Shown here one piece after another: positions 53,478 through 63,328 of a stretch of DNA of 64,000 bases. A program made the position numbers and the translations under genes. The stretch covers positions 64,001 through 128,000 of the forward strand of contig CAWBGA010000013.1 in assembly GCA_963788195.1 (NCBI GenBank). Direction: 5' to 3'. Source of the DNA: Nitrospirota bacterium (lineage in GTDB: Bacteria > Nitrospirota > Nitrospiria > Nitrospirales > NS-4). A model generated the notes under the pieces. That model was not told where the DNA came from and did no database searches. It saw only the letters and a list, made by a program, of their open reading frames with translations. Every line of letters begins with the position of its first letter. The first letter of the stretch is position 1.

Positions 53478-53834
53478 TTGTTGCGTCTGAATCTTCCGGC
53501 GCATCAGGCCAACGAGCGAACGTTTTTAGCATGGCTGCGCACGAGTGTAGCGATTATTGCGTTCGGCTTTGTCCTTGAGCGGTTTTCGCTTTTTGTGAAA
53601 TATCTGGCTCCGGCAGCCGGAGTAAACGTCTCAAACCCTCGGACCGGTCTGGTTGGCGCCGTCTTGATGTGGCTTGGCACCGTACTTATCCCGGTGTCTC
53701 TCTGGCGGTTTCTGCTCGAACAAAGGCATATTGACACACCGGCTGACACGATTCCGGCGAACTGGCCCGTAATCGCCCTCGCGATCATTCTTGCGACGGT
53801 CGGACTGTATTTGGCGCTGGTCGCCGTTTTTTAG
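53478..53834 (+). CDS. DUF202/YidH family membrane protein
   Basis: HQANERTFLAWLRT motif. Confidence 0.88.
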   Translation: MLRLNLPAHQANERTFLAWLRTSVAIIAFGFVLERFSLFVKYLAPAAGVNVSNPRTGLVGAVLMWLGTVLIPVSLWRFLLEQRHIDTPADTIPANWPVIALAIILATVGLYLALVAVF

Positions 53835-54113
53835 TTTCTTCCGCAGAGAATTTACTGACCGATTCTAAGTTCTATCAGGCTGAAGTAGCCCTCAGGGTCA
53901 GACTTGAGCAGTGCTACGAGCAAAGGGCGGGGTTTCCCTGTACGAGCCCTAGCGGACACCACCGCCTTGCCCTTTCCCTGTACCGGCTTGTTCTTGAGCC
54001 GGTTCAGCTCTAGCTTCCTTGAAGCAATTGCTGCTTTCTGGCGCTCGCTTCTTTGTGAGCCTGTTAACCCACACACGGACTAGAGCGGACGCCCGGTCCT
54101 GTGAACCCCTGCC

Positions 54114-54647
54114 TCACTGCTTGGTGCAATAAGTCCTCTCTGGGAGCGGAAAATACGTGTCCAGATAATCCGGAAAGTCCGAGATGCGATCTTCCCCGGT
54201 CTCCCATATATGGACGCAGCGCGCAACCAAATAGGGCTCATTTTGGGAAACCTCGCCCGGAACATTGATGACTCTCGATCCTTGCGATTGCGCCAGAACC
54301 ATGACCTCGTTGCCATAACGAAGCTCAGCAGGGGTTATCTGCCCCTGATAGAGAAAAGCAAACTTGCCGGTTGACGCCATAGCCTCGTCTAAACTGTCCA
54401 ACGGCTGATTGTTCTTGATCGGCAGGCTTTTCACGACAACGAGGGTGCCCTCGGCAGTGGGCAGGACATCGACGATACGTCCGGCAAGCTGCACCGCTTG
54501 TCCTTTGTAGGCGTCTGGCTGCGCCTCCAAGACCCCGAACTGAATATTGGGATTGACATCTTTCGTGAGACTCGACGGAAAGGGCGCACTTGAGCAGCCC
54601 GCAAGCGCTGTGACCACTACCGCGACTACACTTATCAGGGAACGCAT
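54114..54647 (-). CDS. Slp-family outer membrane lipoprotein
   Basis: Lipobox LAGC after MRSLISV; PDAYKGQAVQLAGRIV pattern; AAGGAGG RBS. Confidence 0.8.
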   Translation of the reverse strand: MRSLISVVAVVVTALAGCSSAPFPSSLTKDVNPNIQFGVLEAQPDAYKGQAVQLAGRIVDVLPTAEGTLVVVKSLPIKNNQPLDSLDEAMASTGKFAFLYQGQITPAELRYGNEVMVLAQSQGSRVINVPGEVSQNEPYLVARCVHIWETGEDRISDFPDYLDTYFPLPERTYCTKQ

Positions 54648-54906
54648 AACCCACCTCCTTGCCCGAAGGCTTAGATGCACGATGAGACCGCGTTTCGTAA
54701 AATGAGCAATGGATGTGCCAGTTACGATTCGAAATGGAATCTTTGAAAGTATAAGGATATGCAAATGTTGGAGCTCGGTTGATGGCGGATGTGATGAGAT
54801 GGGTTGCCCAATTATTGGCATCTGTATTGGCACCTGACGAAATGTCGGCTGCATAACCCCACCTCCTTGCCCGAAGGTTGGCATCGTGTAACCGTTTGTT
54901 AACAAC

Positions 54907-54960
54907 ATTATAGCGTATAGCGCAGGACGCAAAATTTCACACAAATTTCACAATTCACTA
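54907..54960 (-). promoter_or_regulatory. TATAAT -10 with 11-bp-phased direct repeats at the -35 position
   Basis: TATAAT (54912-54907); AAATTTCACA at 54932 and 54943. Confidence 0.55.
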
Positions 54961-54982
54961 GCAGGAGTTTAAGAGAAGGAGA

Positions 54983-55834
54983 CTATTCGAAAGGAGGGAG
55001 TGCCGTCACGACCCTGGTAAATGTGCAAGCCGGTATAAAGCCACGCCGGCAGGAGAGTTGGTAATCGCTCTGGGCTTTGTCTGACCTCCCAGCAAGAGAA
55101 TGGGCCAACGCCCGGTTGTAGTAGATGAGACCTGTGGTCTCGCCAAGCTTGATCGCGCGCGATAGATCGGTAACCGCCTCCGCGAAGCGGCTTTCTTGCA
55201 GGTAAATCAAACCCCGGCTCTCGAAAGCCTGAGGCAACCACGGATTCAGCGAAATGGCGTAATCGAGATCATCTCGGGCCGATAGCACGTCGCCTCTGAG
55301 GGCATGCACGACTGCCCGGTTTGCGTACAGGTCGGCCGTCTGGCCGTCGAGGGCGATCGCTGCCGTGAAGTCCGTGGCGGCTTCGTCCAATCGGCCCAAA
55401 CGCCGGTAAGCCAGCCCCCGGTGATTCAGCGCGGAACTTGAGCGACCCACCAGCCGGACTTCTTCCTCAAACGAGGCCAGTGCCGCTTCTGCGTCCCCCA
55501 TCTCCATCTGAGACAGGCCAAGGTTCGCACGGTACATGGCATTCTCCGGCGCTCGGGCTATGGCTTCCATGAAGTCTTGGATGGCCCTAGCGGGCTGTCC
55601 GGCCTGGGCCCACACGAAGCCGCGCGCATTCCATGCCTCTGCGCTCTCGGGTGAGATCCGGATGGCGTCGGTGAAGCTTTGGGTGGCGGACTCCAGTGCG
55701 CCTTGCTTGAATTCTTGCTCCCCTTTGGACAGCAGGGTGGCAAGCGGCGAATCATCCATCGGCGCCTGGATGGTTGCACAGGCACCGAGCATCAGACTGA
55801 AGCAGAGAGTGCCGACTAATCGAGCGAGCATCAT
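54983..55834 (-). CDS. TPR-repeat lipoprotein
   Basis: Lipobox LGAC; several TPR repeats. Confidence 0.85.
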   Translation of the reverse strand: MMLARLVGTLCFSLMLGACATIQAPMDDSPLATLLSKGEQEFKQGALESATQSFTDAIRISPESAEAWNARGFVWAQAGQPARAIQDFMEAIARAPENAMYRANLGLSQMEMGDAEAALASFEEEVRLVGRSSSALNHRGLAYRRLGRLDEAATDFTAAIALDGQTADLYANRAVVHALRGDVLSARDDLDYAISLNPWLPQAFESRGLIYLQESRFAEAVTDLSRAIKLGETTGLIYYNRALAHSLAGRSDKAQSDYQLSCRRGFIPACTFTRVVTALPPFE

Positions 55835-56122
55835 ATTGCTATTGAGGCTCTCAAAAGTTCGTTACAAGCCGAAAACCCGATTGTTACAACAGTGTCAACT
55901 TTGCTCAGCGGTTCGAGGCAGGTCCCCTGAAGCGATATCCGACGCCACGGGTAATTTGGATGACGCTCGCGCCGTGAACCACACGGAGCTCCCTGCGACG
56001 TTTTTAAATGTGCGCGTCAATAGTGCAGATGGTGAGAAGGTCCTCGCGTGGGAACACCTTTTCGCGCTATCTAAGACCGCCATCGCGGGGACGACAGTAC
56101 ACGACCGTATTTGAGTCCAGCC

Positions 56123-56719
56123 TCATTGCTCGGCTCTCGGCTGCAGTAGGCTAAAATACCCTTCTTCCGCGGTGGCTAGAGTGCCGACGGCGATCGATTG
56201 CGGAGTTCCCCCGTAGGTTTGCTGCAGATCGTCGCGGGCCTCGTGCAATTGATCCACAACTCTCCCCCGGACCTTGCTGCTCGGCCCCAGATTCGTAAAC
56301 TCGATTTCCCAGGTCCCAAGGTAGGTCAGCGTGCCGGGTTTCACCACGAAGCTGGCGACGAGAAGCCCTTCCCACTGGCCGGCCCGATCCTCGAACATCA
56401 GCTTTGTCACCTCATACAGGCCTGGCGGCAGCGCGAGCACGAATGGTCCGTCCTGAGTGAGCGGGCTGATCACATACCGCTTGCCCGAGGCCGTCTGCGT
56501 GAGTTCACAGCCGAACTCGTTGTTGAATCGGGGGAGCTCGGTAAACACATTCCGTTTATCCCGTAGCATCACAATCCGTCCGAAGATGAGGCCGTCCCCC
56601 GGTTTTGCGACCACAGCGTTCCCCGGCTGCAGGGGCCGGACAAGCTGCGCGCAACTCGCAAAACCGCTCGTCATCCCCGCTATGGCCAGAAGATAGTACA
56701 GACACAAGCCCTGTCGCAT
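56123..56719 (-). CDS. Hypothetical lipoprotein
   Basis: Lipobox-like FASC; GLIFGRI...LPPGLY...YLG pattern; AGGAG RBS. Confidence 0.7.
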   Translation of the reverse strand: MRQGLCLYYLLAIAGMTSGFASCAQLVRPLQPGNAVVAKPGDGLIFGRIVMLRDKRNVFTELPRFNNEFGCELTQTASGKRYVISPLTQDGPFVLALPPGLYEVTKLMFEDRAGQWEGLLVASFVVKPGTLTYLGTWEIEFTNLGPSSKVRGRVVDQLHEARDDLQQTYGGTPQSIAVGTLATAEEGYFSLLQPRAEQ

Positions 56720-56841
56720 TAGCCAGCTCCTACGCAGAGGGCCCTTCTACCACTATTCTCCCTTGGCGGTAAACGTTTGTGAGGAAAAAAAGGCATTTGG
56801 GCCCGGAGTGATGTAATTACGTATCTTTAATTCATGTTACT

Positions 56842-56875
56842 GATATTTATAGTATAGTATTGACTATATAAATGC
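56842..56875 (+). promoter_or_regulatory. AT-rich imperfect palindrome upstream of porin-modABC (candidate Mo-regulator box)
   Basis: ATTTATAGT...ACTATATAAAT; resembles ModE-type TATAT half sites. Confidence 0.45.
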
Positions 56876-56932
56876 ATTTTTATTATCATTTAAAACGTTT
56901 TAGAAGAAGGACCATTTACGAGGAGGGTGAGC

Positions 56933-58426
56933 ATGAAACGCGTTCTGGTGGTGTTGGCGGTCGGGTTCCTGCTGATCGCATTCGGCGTGGGCTCTGCCTG
57001 GGCCGACGACAAGCGGATTCTCGACGTGATGCTCAAAAAGGGGATCATCACCAAGCAAGAGTATGATCAGATCCTGCAAGAGGCCAAGGAGCCGTTTAAG
57101 GGTCCTGTAGTTGAAGAAACATATATGGATGGAACGCCGAGCGTTGCTGCGGAGGAGGCGACGCCTGGCGGGAAACGGCCGCCGGTCGGCTCATACGCAG
57201 ATCTGGAGACAAAGCGCGGCGGGATCGAAAACCTGCGCAAGAACGACTACCGGAACGTCTGGACCAATGTAGATACGCTGTTGAAGCACAGTGAACGACT
57301 CAGCATTGGGCTCGTGGCGTTGAAGGTGCAATATAACGTTGACAATACCAACCGGAACCCCGGCACCACTCCGGATCCGACCGGTTTCGCCGGGGCCCCT
57401 GTGCCCACCCGCGACGAAAATGGGTTCCGAATACGTGCAGCGGAAATCTATGTTACCGGGCGACTGACCCCCTGGTCCACCTACTATTTCGAGGTAGATT
57501 TCGCGCGGCAGGGCGAGATCGCGCTCAATTCCATGTACCTGGATTTTTACTCGAAAGATATGCCTGCTCTTAAAGGCCTCTATCCGTACATCAGTCAGTT
57601 GCGAGTCGGCCAATTCCGAGAACCGTTCGGAATCGAGCAGGGAACGTCGCAGGGATTACTCGACTTCGTCAATCGTGCCTACTACACGGATCTGGTGGTC
57701 GGCCAGAACGGTTCGTCGGTCGATGTTCGTGCCGGGGATCCAGGACTCAATCCCTTCGGAAAAACCAACAGCTCCGGGTTCGTCCAGCAGTTGGATATGG
57801 GCGTCCAGGTAACCAGCAAGCTACCCCAACTGCCCTGGGCGCCTGAGCTGACGGCGGCCGTGGTCAACGGCGCCGGCCGGAACTTCAATGACAATAATGC
57901 GGACAAGGATGTGACAGGGCGGTTGAGCTTCACGCCGACAGCAGGCATGAAAGTCTATCTCGCAGCATATTTGGGCACAGCGTTTTACAACGGGGCAGCC
58001 ACCGCGACGCTCCAGACCAACACCGATGTAAAAAAGTTCAGGGACGGTGTGATGTATACCTACATTCCGCCGTTCTTCAACAATCTCGTCAAGCTTCAGG
58101 GCGAGTATATCGAAGGGTACGACAATGGCTTCCGCCGCCGGACCTGGTACCAGTACGTGGTGTTTCGTCCGCTGCCGTTCCTGCCGAATTTTGAGCCGGC
58201 GTATCGGTACGAGCAGTTTACGGTGGACACCAACCGTCCCAACAGCACGCTGGATCGCCATACGGTCGGCTTCAACTACTATTTCGATACGAACGTGAAG
58301 TTCACACTGAATTATGAGATCAAGCATGATGAGAATGAGGGAAACCCCTTCGTCACGACAGGAGGCGGCGTTGCCAACCCTAACAATAAGAATTTCTTAA
58401 CCACACAGATTCAATTCAGGTACTGA
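56933..58426 (+). CDS. Outer membrane porin (OprO/OprP-like family)
   Basis: Signal peptide, LKKGIITKQEY N-terminal helix, GFRIRAAEI..G, RVGQFREPFG.E, GFNYYF and terminal QFRY. Confidence 0.82.
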   Translation: MKRVLVVLAVGFLLIAFGVGSAWADDKRILDVMLKKGIITKQEYDQILQEAKEPFKGPVVEETYMDGTPSVAAEEATPGGKRPPVGSYADLETKRGGIENLRKNDYRNVWTNVDTLLKHSERLSIGLVALKVQYNVDNTNRNPGTTPDPTGFAGAPVPTRDENGFRIRAAEIYVTGRLTPWSTYYFEVDFARQGEIALNSMYLDFYSKDMPALKGLYPYISQLRVGQFREPFGIEQGTSQGLLDFVNRAYYTDLVVGQNGSSVDVRAGDPGLNPFGKTNSSGFVQQLDMGVQVTSKLPQLPWAPELTAAVVNGAGRNFNDNNADKDVTGRLSFTPTAGMKVYLAAYLGTAFYNGAATATLQTNTDVKKFRDGVMYTYIPPFFNNLVKLQGEYIEGYDNGFRRRTWYQYVVFRPLPFLPNFEPAYRYEQFTVDTNRPNSTLDRHTVGFNYYFDTNVKFTLNYEIKHDENEGNPFVTTGGGVANPNNKNFLTTQIQFRY

Positions 58427-58436
58427 ATGTTCCATG

Positions 58437-58505
58437 GCCGGCTGAAGCGGAAGTCTCATTCGGGGGCAACCCTCCTGTCGAGTAAGGCATCCGTCTTCGG
58501 CCGGT
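58437..58505 (+). other. Long intergenic RNA hairpin between porin and modA
   Basis: CCGGCTGAAG-CGGA pairs with TCCGTCTTCGGCCGG; inner GGGG-GCAA-CCCT GNRA-capped stem. Confidence 0.55.
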
Positions 58506-58526
58506 TTGGGCTGAAGAAAGGCAATA

Positions 58527-59276
58527 ATGAAAAGCTATATAAGGGCGCTTTTTCTCTTGCTGTTTGTTTCTGGGACAACAGCCTATGCCGAACAGGTTCA
58601 GGTGGCTGTGGCGGCCAATTTTGTTCCTCCGTTTCGAGAGATCGCCACTGAGTTTGAAAAGGCCACGGGTCATAGCATTCAAGCGAGCTCCGGCTCGTCC
58701 GGAAGGTTCTATGCCCAGATCAAGAACGGGGCGCCATTCGATGTCTTCTTTTCGGCCGATGACGAGCGCCCGAAGCTGCTCGAGGATGAAGGGTTGGCGG
58801 TCAAGGGCAGCCGCTTCACATATGCCATCGGTCGACTGGTTCTCTGGAGCCCTGATTCAAGACTCGTGACAGGGGAGGAGACGTTAAAGACCGCTCAGTT
58901 TAAGCATCTTGCGATCGCGAATCCCAAAACTGCTCCCTACGGACAGGCCGCCAAGCAAACCATGATGAAAATGGGAGTGTGGGACAGCGTGCAACCTCGG
59001 ATCGTCATGGGTGAGAATCTGGGGCAAACGATCGGGTTTATCGATTCAGGAAATGCTGAGATCGGTTTCCTCGCCTTGTCCCAAATCCTTGATCCCAAAA
59101 TCAAGGGGAAGGGAAGCAGCTGGACTGTTCCGAACGAATATCACGAACCAATTCGCCAGGACGCAGTGTTGTTGACAAGGGCGCAAAACAATCCAGGCGC
59201 AAAAGCCTTGATGGAGTTTATGCATGGACCAGCGGCGACAGCGATCATCAAGAACTACGGGTATGATCTGAAATAG
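58527..59276 (+). CDS. modA: Molybdate ABC transporter substrate-binding protein
   Basis: VAVAANF, GSSG..YAQI.NGAPFDVF.SAD and ANPKTAPYG motifs. Confidence 0.95.
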   Translation: MKSYIRALFLLLFVSGTTAYAEQVQVAVAANFVPPFREIATEFEKATGHSIQASSGSSGRFYAQIKNGAPFDVFFSADDERPKLLEDEGLAVKGSRFTYAIGRLVLWSPDSRLVTGEETLKTAQFKHLAIANPKTAPYGQAAKQTMMKMGVWDSVQPRIVMGENLGQTIGFIDSGNAEIGFLALSQILDPKIKGKGSSWTVPNEYHEPIRQDAVLLTRAQNNPGAKALMEFMHGPAATAIIKNYGYDLK

Positions 59277-59398
59277 CGCGTAGCCACGCAAGTTGAAGGC
59301 GCCGTTCGTGAAGAACGCTCCCTCCGTGGTGTTAAAAGCTCGGTAGTTCTTGCCTGGTCTTGATGAATTCTGGTAGGTTCCTGGCGAAAAGGAAGAAC

Positions 59399-60070
59399 AT
59401 GGCTCTCAACGAGATGGATCTCAGTGCGCTGTGGGTCACGCTGCAACTGGCGGGCGCGACCGTGGTGGTCCTGCTGATTATCGGGACACCCATCGCCTGG
59501 TGGCTTGCCCATACCCGGTCGCGATTTCGGACCATCGTTGAAGCCGTTGTGGCGCTCCCCATCGTCCTGCCCCCCACGGTGTTAGGCTTCTATATTCTTA
59601 TCGCGCTCGGCCCGTATGGACCGATCGGCCGCCTTACCGGTCTGACTTTGGCTTTCACCTTCACCGGCCTCGTCATAGCTTCCGCCTTTTACTCGATGCC
59701 CTTTGTGATTCAGCCGCTGCATGGCGCCTTCGAAGCCGCGGGCAAAGGCCCGCTCGAGGCCGCGTGGTCGCTTCGGGCATCAAAATTAGACGCCTTTTTT
59801 ACCGTGATTTCACCGATCGCATTGCGCGGATACATCAGCGCGATCGTGCTTGGCTTTGCTCATACGATGGGGGAGTTCGGAGTGGTCCTCATGGTCGGGG
59901 GATCGATTCCAGGAAAGACCCGGGTTCTCTCCACGACGGTCTTCGATCACGTGGAAGTCATGGAGTATGCGCAGGCGCATACGATCTCGGCCTTCATGCT
60001 TATTTTCTCGTTTTTAATGTTGCTCGGCGTGTATGCCGCCAATCGAAGGTTTCCCATCCACGTTTCATGA
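59399..60070 (+). CDS. modB: Molybdate ABC transporter permease
   Basis: LPIVLPPTVLGFY and FAHTMGEFG motifs. Confidence 0.95.
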   Translation: MALNEMDLSALWVTLQLAGATVVVLLIIGTPIAWWLAHTRSRFRTIVEAVVALPIVLPPTVLGFYILIALGPYGPIGRLTGLTLAFTFTGLVIASAFYSMPFVIQPLHGAFEAAGKGPLEAAWSLRASKLDAFFTVISPIALRGYISAIVLGFAHTMGEFGVVLMVGGSIPGKTRVLSTTVFDHVEVMEYAQAHTISAFMLIFSFLMLLGVYAANRRFPIHVS

Positions 60071-61164
60071 GCAGGCTCGTTGCGAAGTTCGATGTCGAGT
60101 ATCCCAAGTTTCATCTGCAAACCGATATGGATGTCCCGGCGACCGGAGTCACCGCCATATTCGGTCAGTCAGGCTCCGGGAAAACGACATTGCTGAGATG
60201 TCTCGCCGGGCTGGAACGCTCGCGCACCGGGTATATGCGGCTCGGCGATGAAGTCTGGCAGGATGAAACTGCAGGCATCTACCTGCCGATCCACATTCGT
60301 CCCATCGGCTATGTCTTTCAGGAGCCGCGATTGTTTCCGCATCTGTCGGTGAGATCGAATCTGCTGTATGGCTATCACAGAACGCCGGCCGCCGCGCGCC
60401 ATATTACGCCTGAGCAGGTGATTGACATCCTCGGGATCGGTGAGATCCTCGATCGCCGGCCTCACAAACTGTCCGGAGGCGAGCAGCAGCGCGTGGCGAT
60501 CGGCCGGGCGTTGCTGACGAGCCCCCGGCTCTTGCTGTTGGACGAACCCCTCGCCTCCTTGGATATCAAGCGTAAACAGAGAGATTCTTCCGTTCATCCA
60601 ACGACTGCATAATGAGCTGCAACGTGCCAGTTATCTATGTCAGTCATGCCATCACCGAGATTTTGCAACTTGCGGATGTCGTCGCGTTTCTAAAAGAGGG
60701 AAAACTTGTGGCCACAGGACCGCTGAGCGAAGTGTTTTCCTCGCTCGATCCCGGTGGTGGATATCTGGGGAGGGCGCGTATCGGCGCGGTGCTGGATGCG
60801 CATGTTGCGGGACATGAGCCGGACGTCGGTCTGACGCGTCTGGAGTTCAAGGGCCAGGCCCTGTATGTGCCAGTGCAACGCCATAGTCGGGGCGACTCCG
60901 TGCGTGTTCACATTCTGGCAAGCGATGTGAGTATCACGCTGGGCCCGCCTACCTCTCCGACCAGTGTGTTGAACATTCTTGCGGCGACGATCATGGAGAT
61001 CCGGGAAGTCGACGACTTCTTGGTGGACATCAGGTTGGATATCGGCGCGCCGCTTATCGCGAGCATCACGCGAAAGTCCGTCACCAACCTCCACCTGAAG
61101 CCCGGGCATGGCAGTCCATGCCCATATCAAGTCCGTGGCGCTGAATGAAGAGCTGACGGAATAG
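60067..61164 (+). CDS. modC: Molybdate ABC transporter ATPase with TOBE domain (frameshifted)
   Basis: GQSGSGKTT, LSGGEQQRVAIGRAL, LLDEP, YVSH and SVLN motifs. Confidence 0.93.
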
Positions 61165-61757
61165 ATGAAAGCGTTTCTCTATGGCGCGCCGATCGTGGGA
61201 TGGATCTAGCGGACTCTTACCGCGTGGCTGTTTACTCTGCTGTTCCTCTGACGGTATCCGCGCAAACGGACCATACCCATTCTCCTGCCACCGCCGAAGA
61301 CTGCACGAAGCTGTCCCCCGCATTGCAGGCGGTTATAGCCGCGATGGATACGGCGGGATCGAAGGTCGAAGCTTTGCCAAAGCCGGAGATCATGCCGGCT
61401 GTTGAACCCGGCAGGCAAAAACTGGAGGTGGCTCTTCAACCGTTGTCTGCGGTCGGGCTGATCGCCGGAAAGATGAAGCCGGGCGAGAGCCTGGAAAACG
61501 TGTTTGGAGGCTTTGTTCGGCTGACAGTTCCGAAAGATGGCATGTACCGGATTTCTGCAGACTCAACCCTCTGGATCGAAGTGATAGACGGGGAAAAACC
61601 GATTGAACGGGTCAGGATCACTCCGCGTTTGCACTGCGGCAGGATTCACAAGAGCCTGGGGTTCCCATTAAAACGAGAGCGATCCTATTGGCTGGAGCTG
61701 TCGGGCAGCAAACGGCCGGACGTGGCGGTGATCATTACGGAAGAGCCAGAGCGTTAA
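61165..61757 (+). CDS. Hypothetical exported protein in the mod operon (N-terminus probably frameshifted)
   Basis: ATG abuts the modC stop; ORF 61200..61757 contains DHTH, a Cys and HCGRIHK. Confidence 0.6.
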
Positions 61758-61790
61758 AGAGGAGCAACATGGTACGACGCAGCCCAACAG

Positions 61791-62180
61791 ATGCCTCAGG
61801 GCCCGGATGCGGTGTTAACCGCTCGCGAGGCCGCGAAATATCTCCGCCTCGCTCTTCCCACCTTTTACCGGTACATGTGGGAGGGGAAAATTCCCAGCTC
61901 CAAGATCGGGGGACGGTATCGCTTCAAGAAGGCGGTGCTGGATCGCTGGCTGGGAAAAAAGCCGGAAGGCGAGGAGGTCAGCGGCAGGAACAAGCTGGTC
62001 GGCATTGTCTCGGCGATCAAGCGCGATCTCATCATGGCCCAGGTCAATCTTGACGTGGGCGAGAACAAGATCACTGCAATCATCACGCGGGACGCACTTG
62101 ATGAGCTTGGTCTGAAGGTCGGGGACCGCGCGGTGGCGTTAATGAAGGCAACCGAGGTGATGGTGATCAAGGAGAGTTAA
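61791..62180 (+). CDS. Excisionase-type HTH + TOBE (Mop) molybdate-responsive regulator
   Basis: LTAREAAKYL...G.IP..KIGGRYRF HTH_17; SGRNKL...AIIT...LGLKVGD...KATEV Mop domain. Confidence 0.85.
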   Translation: MPQGPDAVLTAREAAKYLRLALPTFYRYMWEGKIPSSKIGGRYRFKKAVLDRWLGKKPEGEEVSGRNKLVGIVSAIKRDLIMAQVNLDVGENKITAIITRDALDELGLKVGDRAVALMKATEVMVIKES

Positions 62181-62473
62181 CAAGAAGGTTGTCACGTGCG
62201 AGGTCTGTACAGTGCAAAAGACGGTGAGAGCGTAGTGCCTTTTTCTCATTGCGCTTGTTTTTGTAGCGTAGAATTATTTTTCTCTTCCTACAATCGTCCA
62301 TTGCCGGTCACTTTACCGCCGGAAAGTACCCCTGGCCTCAGTGTAAAGACTGTCAAGCGGGTGTAACCTTCTCAACTTGCTCTCTCAGTTTCGGCGCAGC
62401 GCCCCTTGCACACCGGACGCCCGTAAGTGCACGCTCTATGATGAAGAACACGATAAACCCCAAGGAGGTCAGA

Positions 62474-62890
62474 ATGGCGATCAGTGCAAGAAATAAGCTG
62501 CAGGGACGGGTATCTGCGATTAAGGCAGGTGAGGCGATGTGCCTCGTAACCCTTGATGCGCAGGGAACAAAGATCGTAGCGGCTGTCACCAATCAAGGCG
62601 TGGAGGAATTGAGCTTGAAGCAAGGCGACCAGGTCACGGCCGTGATCAAATCCACCGAGGTCATGCTGATGAAGGGCGGAGACAAGGCCACGTTTAGCGC
62701 CCGGAACCGTTTTGCGGGTCAGGTCGAATCGGTTCAAAAAGGCGAAGCCATGGGTCTGGTGACGGTCAAGATGGGACAATTCAGTCTCGGCGCGGCCATC
62801 ACGCGTGAAGCCATCGACGAGATGGGTTTGAAACAAGGCGATCAGGTGACAGCGGTGGTGAAGGCGACCGAAGTCATGTTGATGAAGTAA
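62474..62890 (+). CDS. Di-Mop molbindin (ModG-like molybdate-binding/storage protein)
   Basis: Two SARN...L.LKQGDQVTAV.K.TEV repeats; AAGGAGG RBS. Confidence 0.88.
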   Translation: MAISARNKLQGRVSAIKAGEAMCLVTLDAQGTKIVAAVTNQGVEELSLKQGDQVTAVIKSTEVMLMKGGDKATFSARNRFAGQVESVQKGEAMGLVTVKMGQFSLGAAITREAIDEMGLKQGDQVTAVVKATEVMLMK

Positions 62891-62921
62891 ACATAATTCA
62901 GTGTCTAAGAGAGTTGGGCAG

Positions 62922-62963
62922 TTGACAATTTCGGACGTGTCCATTATTCTAGACATATGGACA
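62922..62963 (+). promoter_or_regulatory. ars promoter/operator
   Basis: TTGACA-N17-TATTCT; inverted repeat TGTCCAT-N12-ATGGACA spanning the -10 and start codon. Confidence 0.7.
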
Positions 62964-63328
62964 TTAAACAAGCGCTTGCCGCCTTCGACGCTCTTTCGCA
63001 GGAAACCCGCCTACGAGTGTTCCGTTTGCTGGTGGAATATGGCCGGTCTGGCGTGCCTGCCGGTACTCTGAGCGAGTCCTTAAAGATTCCCCATAACACG
63101 CTGTCGTTTCACCTCTCGCATATGAGCAATGCTGGTCTCGTCGTGTCACGACGGGAAGGCCGATCGGTCATATACACTGCCAATTTTGACTTTTTTTCTG
63201 GTCTGATCCGCTACATGGTTGAGGATTGCTGCAGGGCCGAATTCGCCAGCATCCGTAATGATAAAAAGAGAGGATGCTCGATTATTGAGCTTTCAACCTG
63301 TTGCCAGCCAAAGGAGAAAACAGCATGA
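62957..63328 (+). CDS. arsR: ArsR-family repressor (C-terminal CC type)
   Basis: ALSQETRL.VFRLL, TLSFHL, RREGR and EDCC motifs. Confidence 0.9.
   Translation: MDIKQALAAFDALSQETRLRVFRLLVEYGRSGVPAGTLSESLKIPHNTLSFHLSHMSNAGLVVSRREGRSVIYTANFDFFSGLIRYMVEDCCRAEFASIRNDKKRGCSIIELSTCCQPKEKTA

Noticed and set aside
53852..54076. Basic 74-aa minus-strand ORF
   Set aside because: No clear RBS or recognisable motif; cannot be supported.
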